Shown: positions 35,769-45,323 of the stretch, piece after piece
Numbering within the stretch: the stretch's first letter is position 1
Layout of the letters: each line of letters opens with the position of its first letter
Assembly (NCBI GenBank): GCA_913043225.1
Contig: CAJWLU010000013.1
Location: 1 to 64,000, forward strand
Source: an uncultured Acidobacteriota bacterium
GTDB taxonomy: Bacteria; Acidobacteriota; Vicinamibacteria; Vicinamibacterales; UBA8438
Length of the DNA: 64,000 bases
Direction: 5' to 3'
Translations under genes and position numbers: made by a program
The notes under the pieces: generated by a model
The model's input: the letters and a program-made list of their open reading frames with translations, nothing else
What the model was told of the DNA's origin: nothing
The model's database searches: none

Positions 35769-36830
35769 ATGGCTGCCGGTGTGGATCCCAGCATCGAGGG
35801 CGTAGACAGCGCTTGGCTCGAACGTCTCGACACGCTGCGCGAGTCGGGCGCGTATCGATCCTATCTCCGTGTGCGGCGGGAGGTCCTTTCGTTGCTGTCG
35901 CTCGGTCAGAACCGGAGAATGACCGGTCACGCGCCGAGTGACTACTGGTCGGGTGAGCTGTCGCGGTTCGAGTACATGCTCGACGCGTCGCCGCTAGTCA
36001 TTGAACAGCTGCGACACCATACCCATAATCTGACGGGCTTGCTGCCCCAGCACTATCGGGAGAGTCTCGAGAGCAAGAAGACCCAGTTCGCCGAGAAGCT
36101 CGCCGCGCTGCGGAAGCTGGACGAAACCGGCGTCTGGGTTCCCGAGGCGAGACAGTTGGGGGGCTTCGGATTCGACATCGACGGCGAGCTGGTCAATATC
36201 GATACGCTCAAGTTCTACGAGGTGCTGATTGCCCTGGAGCAGGGAGCGGTCCTGGGTGAGATGCGGGAAGCGACGGACCGGAAACTAGTCTGGGAGATCG
36301 GTGCAGGATGGGGTGGCTTCCCGTATCAGTTCAAGACCCTCTGTCCAAACGTGACCTATGTGATCACCGACTTCCCGGAGTTGTTCCTGTTCTCGGCCAC
36401 CTACCTCATGGCGGCGTTCCCGGAGGCGCGAGTTCGCTTCTACGGCGAGGTGCCCGCCGAAGAGACGTTCATGGGCTGGCAGGAGCTCGATTTTGTCTTC
36501 ATTCCCGATATGTTCCACGCTGCGGTCAGACCCGAGCGTGTGGACCTAACGATAAACATGGTGTCGTTCCAGGAGATGACGACCCAGCAGGTCGAGACTT
36601 ACGTACGCCGTGCGCATGCGCTCGACTGTCAGTATCTCTACAGCCTCAACCGTGACCGTTCACACCACAATCGAGAGCTCAGCAACGTACGCTCGATCCT
36701 GTCGCAGTACTACTGGCCTCGTGAGGTTCCGATGCTTCCGGTCAGCTACACCAAGATGCTGGATGCCAATCCCGACATGCCGGGGCGGGGCTACAAGCAC
36801 GTGGTCGGGTGGCGTCGGGTCCGTACATGA
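35769..36830 (+). CDS. Putative sugar O-methyltransferase (TIGR04371-like)
   Basis: PSDYW, WEIGAGWGG, Y.I.D.PE and INMVSFQEM motifs. Confidence 0.78.
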   Translation: MAAGVDPSIEGVDSAWLERLDTLRESGAYRSYLRVRREVLSLLSLGQNRRMTGHAPSDYWSGELSRFEYMLDASPLVIEQLRHHTHNLTGLLPQHYRESLESKKTQFAEKLAALRKLDETGVWVPEARQLGGFGFDIDGELVNIDTLKFYEVLIALEQGAVLGEMREATDRKLVWEIGAGWGGFPYQFKTLCPNVTYVITDFPELFLFSATYLMAAFPEARVRFYGEVPAEETFMGWQELDFVFIPDMFHAAVRPERVDLTINMVSFQEMTTQQVETYVRRAHALDCQYLYSLNRDRSHHNRELSNVRSILSQYYWPREVPMLPVSYTKMLDANPDMPGRGYKHVVGWRRVRT

Positions 36831-39043
36831 GCACCGCCCGGGTCGTGATCGGCGCGCCGCTGTACAACCATGCCGACGAGCTGGGAGAGGCGGTCGAGTC
36901 GCTGCTCCTCCAGACCCACCAGGACTTCCGGTTGGTGTGCGTCGACGACCAGTCGACCGACGGCACCGAGGAGGTGGTGCGGGATTACTCGGTGCTCGAT
37001 TCCAGGATCACTTACACCAAGAATCCTCGTCGGCTCGGGATGATCGGGAACTGGCGTCGCGCGTTCGAGCTCGCGCTCGAGGCCGAACCGGACGCCGAGT
37101 ATTTCGCCTGGGCCAGCGACCACGATGTTTGGCATCCGCGCTGGCTCGAGACGCTGGTGCGGGTGCTCGACGAGCGGCCAGAGGTTGTCCTGGCCTATCC
37201 GCGGAACTGGCGGATCGGCCCCGATGGGTTGATGACCGACAAGCGGCCGTGGGAGTTCGATACCACCGGCGTCGAGAATCGGCGCGACCGGTTCCGGCGG
37301 ACGATGCGACACATGTCGGCCGGCAACATGATTTATGCGCTCGGCCGCGCCGATGCGATCCGCCGGGCCGGTATCTTCCGGCACGTGCTGGTGCCGGATC
37401 GACTGCTCCTGATGGAGCTCTCGCTCGAGGGGCAGTTTCACCAGGTCTCGGAGATGTTGTGGTTTCGACGGTGGTATGGACCGATCTTCAGCCTTGGTCG
37501 CCAGCGTCGCGCCTTCTTTCCGGACGGGCGCCCGCTCTACGCCTACCTGCCGTGGTGGATCGGTCATGCCGCGTCGCTGACCTGGACCCTGGGCGTCCGG
37601 GCCGAGCGGTCACCCGAGATCGGCCGAGTCACCGGGGCGCGCCTCGGGGCGCGTTATCTCTGGCTGGCTGGGTTCCTGCATGCGCGGCAGCAGCTCAAGC
37701 AGGTGAGAATTGACATTCTGGAGCGAGCAGTTTTTCTCAAGCCGCTCTATATCCGGGCCCGTGGTACCTGGCGGGGAATCGAGCGGCGGCGAGCCGACAC
37801 GGCCAAGCGATGGCGCCGATCGTTTGGTAGCTCAGAGAAGCGCCGGAAGCTACTGCAACGCGTACGAGATGGGGCGAAGAAACGAGTGAAGCGGATCGTT
37901 TTTCCGGTGGGCCGGGCGATGCTGCAGGGGATTCGCGCCCTGCCGCTGATGCGTAGCGTGGTGGTGCCCTGGCTGGCGCGGGAGGAGATCGATCAGGTGC
38001 CGTCCGGGCCAGAGGTCTTCGCCATGCGAAAGACCATCAAGTTGGCCGCCCAGGGCGATGCGCCGATCGTGGTTGGTCCCTGGTTGTCCGAAGTCGGATT
38101 CGAGGTGCTCTACTGGATCCCGTTCCTGGCGTGGGCCGTCGAGGAGTTCGAGATACCGCCCGAGCGTCTCATCGTCGTGTCGCGGGGTGGAGCCCACGTC
38201 TGGTATCGGGACATCGCGGCGCACCACGCGGACATCTTCGACATGATGACCGTCAAGCAGTTCCGCAAGCGGAACGAGGCCCGCTGGGCCGATGGTGGCA
38301 ATCAGAAGCAGATGGCTCCGGCCGCTTTCGACGAGTACATCGTGAAGCTCGTTCAGGAACGCCGTGGTCTCGAGGACGTCAACGTTCTGCATCCGTCCGT
38401 CATGTATCGGCTCCTGCGCTACTACTGGTACGAGAAGGGAGCGATCAGCCTACTGAACAAGCACACCGTGTATAGGCCGCTCCCGGCCGTCGAGACCGAA
38501 GAGGTCGCACGGGTGCTGCCGAGCGAATATGTAGCGGTACGATTCTATTTTCGGCCCTCCTTCCCGGATACCCCAGAGAATCGTGCACTGGTCGGACGCG
38601 TGATCCGCAGTCTGGCTCGGCGCGCGCCCGTGGTCCTGCTCAACACGGGGCTCAGCCTCGACGACCACGAGGACTTTCATCCCGACACCGGGATGGGGAT
38701 CCACAGCATCGAGCACCTGATGACGCCGAGCCGAAACCTTGCGGTGCAGAGTGCGGTCATTGCCGGTGCCCGCATGTTCGTCGGCACCTACGGTGGGTTG
38801 TCGTATCTCGGGCCGTTCTACGGCGTGCCGGCCATCGCGCTCTTCTCGAACGAAGCCGAGCTCGTGGCGACCCACGTCGACGTCTCCCGGCGCCTGTCGC
38901 GCCGGCTTGAGGCGCCGCTCGTTACGCTCGACGTTCGAGAGGTGGCGGTGCTGCAGATGCTCTTCGATACCCTGGATCTGACTCCCGCTACTGGCGCTGA
39001 GGCGGTAGACTCCGCCCAGCCCAAGACCGAGCACCCTTCATGA
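36827..39043 (+). CDS. Two-domain protein: GT2 glycosyltransferase plus GPWLSEVGFE domain
   Basis: PLYN, VDDQSTDGT and YFAWASDHD (GT2); Arg/Lys-rich linker; GPWLSEVGFEVLYWIPF...ARMFVGTYGGLSYLGPFYG. Confidence 0.82.
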   Translation: MSTARVVIGAPLYNHADELGEAVESLLLQTHQDFRLVCVDDQSTDGTEEVVRDYSVLDSRITYTKNPRRLGMIGNWRRAFELALEAEPDAEYFAWASDHDVWHPRWLETLVRVLDERPEVVLAYPRNWRIGPDGLMTDKRPWEFDTTGVENRRDRFRRTMRHMSAGNMIYALGRADAIRRAGIFRHVLVPDRLLLMELSLEGQFHQVSEMLWFRRWYGPIFSLGRQRRAFFPDGRPLYAYLPWWIGHAASLTWTLGVRAERSPEIGRVTGARLGARYLWLAGFLHARQQLKQVRIDILERAVFLKPLYIRARGTWRGIERRRADTAKRWRRSFGSSEKRRKLLQRVRDGAKKRVKRIVFPVGRAMLQGIRALPLMRSVVVPWLAREEIDQVPSGPEVFAMRKTIKLAAQGDAPIVVGPWLSEVGFEVLYWIPFLAWAVEEFEIPPERLIVVSRGGAHVWYRDIAAHHADIFDMMTVKQFRKRNEARWADGGNQKQMAPAAFDEYIVKLVQERRGLEDVNVLHPSVMYRLLRYYWYEKGAISLLNKHTVYRPLPAVETEEVARVLPSEYVAVRFYFRPSFPDTPENRALVGRVIRSLARRAPVVLLNTGLSLDDHEDFHPDTGMGIHSIEHLMTPSRNLAVQSAVIAGARMFVGTYGGLSYLGPFYGVPAIALFSNEAELVATHVDVSRRLSRRLEAPLVTLDVREVAVLQMLFDTLDLTPATGAEAVDSAQPKTEHPS

Positions 39044-40158
39044 TTCTCGAAACCGACCAACTGAAGCAGTATCAAGGTAAGGTCGCGATGGTGGACGGCG
39101 CGTTCGACCCACTCCACCACGGCCATATCGCATACTTCCGCAAAGCCCGCGAGCTGGGGGTGCCGCTGCTCTGCAACATCGCGCCAGACAGCTATGTCTC
39201 GCAGAAGCATCCGCCGTTGCTTGATGCCTCGCGGCGGGCCCAGGTAATCGATGCCCTCGCGGATATCGACTACACCCACGTCAGCACCACCACCACCGAA
39301 ACGGTGCTGCGCCAGTTGCATCCCACGCATTACGTCAAGGGCAAGGACTGGGAGGGCCGACTGCCGCCAGAGCAGGAACAGATCTGCGCCGAGCAGGGGA
39401 CCGAGATCGTGCTCCTGGACACCGTGCTGGATTCATCGACACAGCTGCTGCAGCGATGGACACCAGTGGCCGGAAACGGGGACGGCGAGGTGGCGGCGTT
39501 CGAGCGTCTGGTGTCTGAGCAACGTCCGGTTGAGGCCGAGCATTACGACAGTGACTACTTCGTGAGCGACTGGCGCGAGGGACAGAACGACTACACCATC
39601 GAGGCCCGCCGGAAAATCGAGGGGAAGCATCCCCAGGTCATCAAGAGAGTGTTTCAGCCGGATCGCGTTCTGGATGTCGGGTGCGGGCCGGGCGCGCTGC
39701 TGTTTCTGTTGCAGGAACAGGGCATCCTGGCCGACGGCGTCGATTTCAGTCCGAGCGTGCGGTCGTTGGCGCCGGAAGAGGTTCGGGAACGTCTCATTAT
39801 CGGCACCACCTCCGATGCTAGCCTCTTTGCTGACAACAGCTACGACCTGGTGATCTGCCGCGAAGTCATGGAGCATCTCACGGTGCTGCAGGTCAGAGAC
39901 ACTGTGCGCAACCTCTGCCGCATCAGTTCGCGATACGTGTATGTGACGACCCGTTTTCACCCTGAGCCAGCCGGTCTGCTCGACGTGACCACCCAGTTCG
40001 AGGTGGATCCCTCGCACATCACGCTATTGAACAAAGATTTCTTGCGGGTGATGTTCGTGCTCGAAGGGTTCCGGCGTCGACAGGATCTGGAATCGACCAT
40101 CGACTGGATGGGTAAGGGGCGCGTGTTGGTGTACGAGAAACAGGAGGGTGCAGCGTGA
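39040..40158 (+). CDS. Fusion of an HxGH cytidylyltransferase (TagD/RfaE-like) and a class I SAM methyltransferase
   Basis: DGAFDPLHHGH, YVKGKDW and SST in the N-terminal part; VLDVGCGPG and CREVMEH in the C-terminal part. Confidence 0.85.
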   Translation: MILETDQLKQYQGKVAMVDGAFDPLHHGHIAYFRKARELGVPLLCNIAPDSYVSQKHPPLLDASRRAQVIDALADIDYTHVSTTTTETVLRQLHPTHYVKGKDWEGRLPPEQEQICAEQGTEIVLLDTVLDSSTQLLQRWTPVAGNGDGEVAAFERLVSEQRPVEAEHYDSDYFVSDWREGQNDYTIEARRKIEGKHPQVIKRVFQPDRVLDVGCGPGALLFLLQEQGILADGVDFSPSVRSLAPEEVRERLIIGTTSDASLFADNSYDLVICREVMEHLTVLQVRDTVRNLCRISSRYVYVTTRFHPEPAGLLDVTTQFEVDPSHITLLNKDFLRVMFVLEGFRRRQDLESTIDWMGKGRVLVYEKQEGAA

Positions 40159-41126
40159 GCGAGACCGGGGCGCAGGTGCCGGTCGACGGCGTGCTAGGGT
40201 ATCACCTCAACCCGCTGACGTGTGGCGTTGCCAAGTTCAACGTGATGCTGGCTCGGCGTCTAGACGTCCAGATGTTCGGGCTCTTTGACGAGCGAACGGC
40301 GACGCTCGGGCACCCGCTACTGTCGCTTAAGCTGTCCGAGTTCAGCGACACTGACATGTCGGTGCTGGCGTCAATGGTCGAAACCGTCAGCTGGCGTCGG
40401 CGCTTCAGTCTGTTCCTGCACGCCTGGTCGGATACGCCGGTTGAGCAGCTCCTCCTCTCGCGCGCGGCCACGGTGTACTGCGGGAACGCCGAGCTGGTCG
40501 CCCAGCTGCGCGCCAGACGGTCTGATGTCGAGCAGTCGTGGTGTCCGTCGACCCTGCTCGAGCCGCAACGGTTCAAATCGGCTGGCTTGTCCGTTTTTGC
40601 GTTCGGGATGGCGCACAAAGTACGGTCGGAGCTCCACAGCACCGTCCACGCGCTCCTTGAAGCGACCGGTCAGCCCTACTCCGTCTATCTGTCAACTGCC
40701 CTGCACGAAGGCACCGCTTTCGACGAGCGGTTCACCGTGGTCTTCGACGAGTTGCGAGAGATCTACGGAGATCACATCTACTTCCTTGGGTACATGTCCG
40801 ACACTGCGGTGTACAACTACCTGATCGACACTACCTTCTTTGCCGCGTTCTTCGACAATGGGGTCAGGGCGAATAACACCACGGTCAACGCAGCGATGGA
40901 ATGCGGGTCTGTCGTCATCACGAACCTCGACGAGCATTCGCCGGCCGAGTTCCGACATCTGCACAATGTGATTGATATCAACCGATGCGACACGCTCCCG
41001 ACCGACGAGGTGGTGCTGGGGGCGCTGGCGCGTCATGCCCGGGAGACGGCGGCCGGTGCGCTCGGATGGGATGCGCTGGTCGGGCGGCTTCGGGGCGGTG
41101 ACCCGGCCCAAAACGGAACCTTGTAG
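40155..41126 (+). CDS. Hypothetical protein, possibly a divergent GT-B glycosyltransferase
   Basis: TCGVAKFN near the N-terminus, FGM, FLGY and AAMECG..VITN echo GT4-like segments but lack a clear EX7E motif. Confidence 0.5.
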   Translation: MSETGAQVPVDGVLGYHLNPLTCGVAKFNVMLARRLDVQMFGLFDERTATLGHPLLSLKLSEFSDTDMSVLASMVETVSWRRRFSLFLHAWSDTPVEQLLLSRAATVYCGNAELVAQLRARRSDVEQSWCPSTLLEPQRFKSAGLSVFAFGMAHKVRSELHSTVHALLEATGQPYSVYLSTALHEGTAFDERFTVVFDELREIYGDHIYFLGYMSDTAVYNYLIDTTFFAAFFDNGVRANNTTVNAAMECGSVVITNLDEHSPAEFRHLHNVIDINRCDTLPTDEVVLGALARHARETAAGALGWDALVGRLRGGDPAQNGTL

Positions 41127-41189
41127 CCTTTAGCACAGACCGACTGCGAGTCTGCCGGAACGCCGGCTGGCTCCCAGCCAGGAGGACAT

Positions 41190-42239
41190 ATGTCACGTGA
41201 GCTGAAACTGGGGAGTCATGTCGTCAACGACGAGAGCCCCGCGTATGTCATTGCCGAGGTGGGCCACAACCACCAGGGCAAGATGGAGACCGCCAAGGAG
41301 ATGTTCCGGCAGGCCCAGGAGTGTGGGGTGAGCGCGGTCAAGCTGCAGAAGCGGGACAACCGTGGGCTTTTCACCGAGGCGATGTTCAACAAGCCGTACG
41401 ACCACGAGAACAGCTTCGGGGTGACTTACGGTGAGCATCGCGAGTTTCTGGAGTTCGACAAGGACCAGTATGTCGAGCTACAGCAGTTTGCCGCAGAACT
41501 GGGCCTGGACTTTTTCGCGACGGCGTTCGATCAGGCCAGCGCCGACCTGCTGGCGTCGATTGACCTGCCGGCCTACAAGGTGGCGTCGGCCGATCTGCGC
41601 AACATTCCGCTGCTCAAGCACATTGCCGAGGTCGGCAAGCCGATGCTGGTCAGCACCGGCGGCGGGACTCTGGAAGACGTCCAGCGAGCGTATGACGCCA
41701 TCATGCCGATCAACACGCAGCTCTGCATCATGCAGTGCACGTGTGGCTATCCGGCCGAGTTTGGCGAGTTAAACCTGCGCGTCGTCGAGACCTATCGCCA
41801 GCAGTTCTCCGACATCGTGGTCGGTTACTCCGGGCACGACAACGGGATCTCGATGCCGGTGGTGGCCTACGTCCTCGGGGCTCGGGTTATCGAAAAACAC
41901 TTCACCTTGAACCGCGCGATGAAGGGTACTGACCACGTCTTTTCACTTGAGCCGGTCGGGATGCGGAAGATGACCCGTGATCTGGAACGGGCCCGCCAGA
42001 GTTTGGGAGACGGTCAGAAGGTGGTCTACGCAAGCGAGGAGGCTCCGGTCGTCAAGATGGGGAAGAAGCTCGTAGCGGCGAGGGATCTCCCGGCCGGACA
42101 CGTGGTGACCGAGGCCGATATCGCGATCAAGTCGCCGGGTGACGGCATTCCTCCGGCGCAGATGGACAGGGCCGTGGGCAAGTCGACGACCGAAGCCATG
42201 ACAAAGGACTCCGCCTTTTCGCTCGATATCCTCAGATGA
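41190..42239 (+). CDS. neuB: NeuB-family ulosonic acid (N-acetylneuraminate-type) synthase with C-terminal SAF domain
   Basis: Strong SD AGGAGG; IAEVGHNHQG, VKLQKR, KVAS, STG, GYSGH, IEKHFTL, GTDH..SLEP and KSPGDGI. Confidence 0.95.
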   Translation: MSRELKLGSHVVNDESPAYVIAEVGHNHQGKMETAKEMFRQAQECGVSAVKLQKRDNRGLFTEAMFNKPYDHENSFGVTYGEHREFLEFDKDQYVELQQFAAELGLDFFATAFDQASADLLASIDLPAYKVASADLRNIPLLKHIAEVGKPMLVSTGGGTLEDVQRAYDAIMPINTQLCIMQCTCGYPAEFGELNLRVVETYRQQFSDIVVGYSGHDNGISMPVVAYVLGARVIEKHFTLNRAMKGTDHVFSLEPVGMRKMTRDLERARQSLGDGQKVVYASEEAPVVKMGKKLVAARDLPAGHVVTEADIAIKSPGDGIPPAQMDRAVGKSTTEAMTKDSAFSLDILR

Positions 42240-43054
42240 AACGAATTGATCCCTATCGGCTCGACGGGCAGGTTGCCGTCGTCACCGGGGCGGGGGGACG
42301 TCTCGGGCCGGTTTGGCTTGGTTGTCTGCTGGAGGCAGGGGCCCGTGTGGTTGCGCTGGACCTAGAGCGGGTTCCGGCCACCGAGGCTTTGCAGACGCTG
42401 CTCGACGACGCCCCCAACGACAGCCTGCTGCTCCATGCCGACGTTCTCGACCGAACGTCGCTCGAGCGGGCACGCGAGACGGCCGCGGCCCGGTTCGGAG
42501 TCCCGTCTGTGCTGGTGAACAACGCCGGGATTGATCAGCCACCGTCGGCCAGCGGAGCCGTGTCCTATCGCATGGAGGACGTGCCGCTCGATGCGGCCAG
42601 ACTCATTCTCGAGGTCAACACGCTTGGCACCTTCCAGACGTCACAGGTGTTCGGCGCTGCCATGGTGGCGGCGCGACGTGGGTCGATCATTAACATCGGT
42701 TCGCTGTATGCGAGCGTGTCGCCGGATCTGAGGTTCTACGACCACGTGCCGCTCGACCCGCCTTTCCTCAAGCCGCCCGTCTATGGGGCGTCAAAGGCGG
42801 CGGTGGTCAACCTGACGCGGTATCTAGCTACCGTGTGGGGGCCATATGGCGTACGGGTGAACACGCTGTCGCCCGGCGGGGTTGAGGGGGGACAGGATCT
42901 GGAATTCAAACGCAAGTTCAACGAGCGGGTCCCGTTGGGCCGGATGGCCGAGTTCAGCGATCTCACCGGTCCGCTCACGTTTCTAGCCTCAGACGCGTCG
43001 TCCTACGTCACCGCGACCGAGCTACGCGTGGATGGCGGATTCACGGCGTGGTGA
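42236..43054 (+). CDS. Short-chain dehydrogenase/reductase (PtmA-like)
   Basis: VTGAGGRLG, LVNNAG, GSIINIGS, YGASK, RVNTLSPGG and VDGGFTAW. Confidence 0.9.
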   Translation: MKRIDPYRLDGQVAVVTGAGGRLGPVWLGCLLEAGARVVALDLERVPATEALQTLLDDAPNDSLLLHADVLDRTSLERARETAAARFGVPSVLVNNAGIDQPPSASGAVSYRMEDVPLDAARLILEVNTLGTFQTSQVFGAAMVAARRGSIINIGSLYASVSPDLRFYDHVPLDPPFLKPPVYGASKAAVVNLTRYLATVWGPYGVRVNTLSPGGVEGGQDLEFKRKFNERVPLGRMAEFSDLTGPLTFLASDASSYVTATELRVDGGFTAW

Positions 43055-43087
43055 GGCACCTCTCAGCCGCCTGGAGTCTGTGACCGC

Positions 43088-44551
43088 ATGTCCATTTCCG
43101 CTCTCATTCCCAACTGGATCGACGGCGAAGAGCGTCCGGCCCGCGACGGACAGACGCTCCCGAAACTGAATCCCGCGACCGGCGTCCCCCTCTGTAGGTT
43201 GTCACGCTCAGGAGCTTCCGACGTCGAGGACGCGGTAGGCGCCGCCGGTGCAGCGCAGGAGGCCTGGGCCGATCTCAGTCCGGTGGCCCGCGGGGACCTA
43301 CTGCGGGATGCGGCGCTGCTCATGCGAGAGCGGCGGGAGGAGATAGCGGAGATTGTGTCGCTGGAGACCGGGAAGTCCATGAAGGATGCCCTGGGAGAGA
43401 CCGGTGCCGCAGTCGAGATGGGACTGTTCGTCGCCGGGGAGGGGCGGCGTTTCTACGGGCGGACCACGACCAGCGCGATTCCTCATCGAACGGCGCTGGT
43501 CTCTCGCCAGCCCATCGGGGTGGCCGGTCTCATCATCGCCGCCAATACTCCAGTTGCCAATGTCGCGTGGAAAGCGTATCCGGCCCTGCTCTGTGGCAAT
43601 GCAGTGGTGATGAAGGCGTCGGAGGACACCCCGGCCACGGCATGGTGGGTTGCGAGGCTGTTTAGCGAGGTCGGCATTCCGCGGGGCGTGTTCAATGTCG
43701 TTCAGGGTCTGGGACCGGAGGCTGGAGCGCCCATCGTCGAGCATGAACAGGTCGATGTCGTGAGCTTCACCGGCTCGTGCGGCGTTGGCCGGCAGATCCA
43801 GGCGACCGCCGGTGCGCGACTCGCCAAGGTGTGCTTGGAACTCGGCGGGAAGAATCCGCTAATCGTCTGTGACGACGCCGACCTCGACCGGGCGGTCGAG
43901 GTGGCCGCCCTCTCTGCCTACAGTAACGCCGGTCAGCGATGTGCTAGCGGCAGTCGACTGATCGTGTTTGACGCGGTGTACGACGAGTTCAAGCAACGGT
44001 TGCTCGACCATACCTGTGAACTGACACTGGGCACGGGGAACGATGACGACCTGGGTCCCGTCATCAATGCCCGTCAGCTCGAGAACATGGTGGTGGCGGT
44101 CGAACGCGCCCGAATCGCCGGGGCGACGGTACTCGCCGGTGGTGGACGGTCGACCGAGACGGCGCACCAGAACGGTTTCTTCATGCAGCCGACCCTTATC
44201 GAAGGCGCCGCTGGCGATGCCGAGATCTCGCAGGCGGAGCTGTTCGGACCGATCGCCTGCCTGTATCGGGTCTCCGGTTTCGCCGACGCCCTTGCGCTCG
44301 CTAACCAGTCGCCGTTCGGGCTGACAGCCGCTATCCACACCCGCAACGTGCATCGCGCCATGACGTTCCTGGGGCGGATCAAATCGGGAGTTGCATCGAT
44401 CAACGGACCGACCTACGGAAGCGAGCCGCACATGCCGTTTGGTGGGCTTCGGCAGTCGGGTACCGGTTGGCGCGAGGCGGGTACAGAGGCGCTCGATGTC
44501 TACTCGGACTGGAAGACGATCTACATCCACAACGACCCCAGCGCGGTGTAG
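43088..44551 (+). CDS. NAD(P)-dependent aldehyde dehydrogenase
   Basis: SFTGS, LELGGKNP, catalytic AGQRC, ELFGP, FGLTA and PFGG. Confidence 0.95.
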   Translation: MSISALIPNWIDGEERPARDGQTLPKLNPATGVPLCRLSRSGASDVEDAVGAAGAAQEAWADLSPVARGDLLRDAALLMRERREEIAEIVSLETGKSMKDALGETGAAVEMGLFVAGEGRRFYGRTTTSAIPHRTALVSRQPIGVAGLIIAANTPVANVAWKAYPALLCGNAVVMKASEDTPATAWWVARLFSEVGIPRGVFNVVQGLGPEAGAPIVEHEQVDVVSFTGSCGVGRQIQATAGARLAKVCLELGGKNPLIVCDDADLDRAVEVAALSAYSNAGQRCASGSRLIVFDAVYDEFKQRLLDHTCELTLGTGNDDDLGPVINARQLENMVVAVERARIAGATVLAGGGRSTETAHQNGFFMQPTLIEGAAGDAEISQAELFGPIACLYRVSGFADALALANQSPFGLTAAIHTRNVHRAMTFLGRIKSGVASINGPTYGSEPHMPFGGLRQSGTGWREAGTEALDVYSDWKTIYIHNDPSAV

Positions 44552-44555
44552 TCCT

Positions 44556-45317
44556 GTGTCTGAGCTGTCTCAGCCGTCAGCGGTTGCGTTGATTCCCGCC
44601 CGAAGCGGATCGACCCGGGTGCCCGGAAAGAATATCCGTGTGCTCGGGCAGCATCCGCTGATTGCATACACCGTGGCGGCGGCCCGCGCGAGTGGCGTCT
44701 TCGGCGCTGTCGTCGTGTCGACCAACGACAAGTCGATCGCCAACATTGCTCGCCACTACGGAGCAGAGGTGCCCTTCTTGCGACCAGGGCCGATGGCGGG
44801 TGCCACCTCGCCAGACATCGAATGGGTCGAGCACGCCCTCCAGCAGCTGACCGACACCGGTCGTGCGTTCGACTGTTTCGCGATCCTTCGCCCGACCAGC
44901 CCGTTTCGTACCGGCGAGACGATCGTGCGGGCGTGGGAAACATTCACCGGCGCTAGTGGCGTCGATTCGCTCCGGGCGGTCGAGCCTGTCAAGCAGCATC
45001 CCGGCAAGATGTGGATAATCCGCGCCGATCGCCTCCTGCCCCTCCTCCCGTTTGGCCCGGCGTCCCAGCCTTGGCACAGTAGTCAGCTGCCATCGCTGCC
45101 GGAGGTGTTTGTGCAGAATGCGAGTCTTGAGATCGCCTGGTCCAGGGTCGTACAGGACGGTCGGACCATTGCCGGTGAGACGCTCGTGCCGTTCTTGACT
45201 GACGAACGCGAGGGGTTCGACATTAACGACCGCTGGGACTGGCAATTGGCCGAGCAGATGGTGGCTCACGAGGGGTGGCAGCTGCCGCCCGTCTCGGAGA
45301 CGCCCTACAGAGGATGA
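44556..45317 (+). CDS. neuA: Acylneuraminate (CMP-ulosonate) cytidylyltransferase
   Basis: ALIPARSGSTRVPGKN, VVSTND, YGAEVPFLRP, LRPTSPFR and DINDRWDW. Confidence 0.92.
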   Translation: MSELSQPSAVALIPARSGSTRVPGKNIRVLGQHPLIAYTVAAARASGVFGAVVVSTNDKSIANIARHYGAEVPFLRPGPMAGATSPDIEWVEHALQQLTDTGRAFDCFAILRPTSPFRTGETIVRAWETFTGASGVDSLRAVEPVKQHPGKMWIIRADRLLPLLPFGPASQPWHSSQLPSLPEVFVQNASLEIAWSRVVQDGRTIAGETLVPFLTDEREGFDINDRWDWQLAEQMVAHEGWQLPPVSETPYRG

Positions 45318-45323
45318 AGCGTC

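Noticed and set aside
41127..41189. Two small hairpins beside the neuB Shine-Dalgarno
   Set aside because: Stems of 5-6 bp are expected by chance at this GC content.
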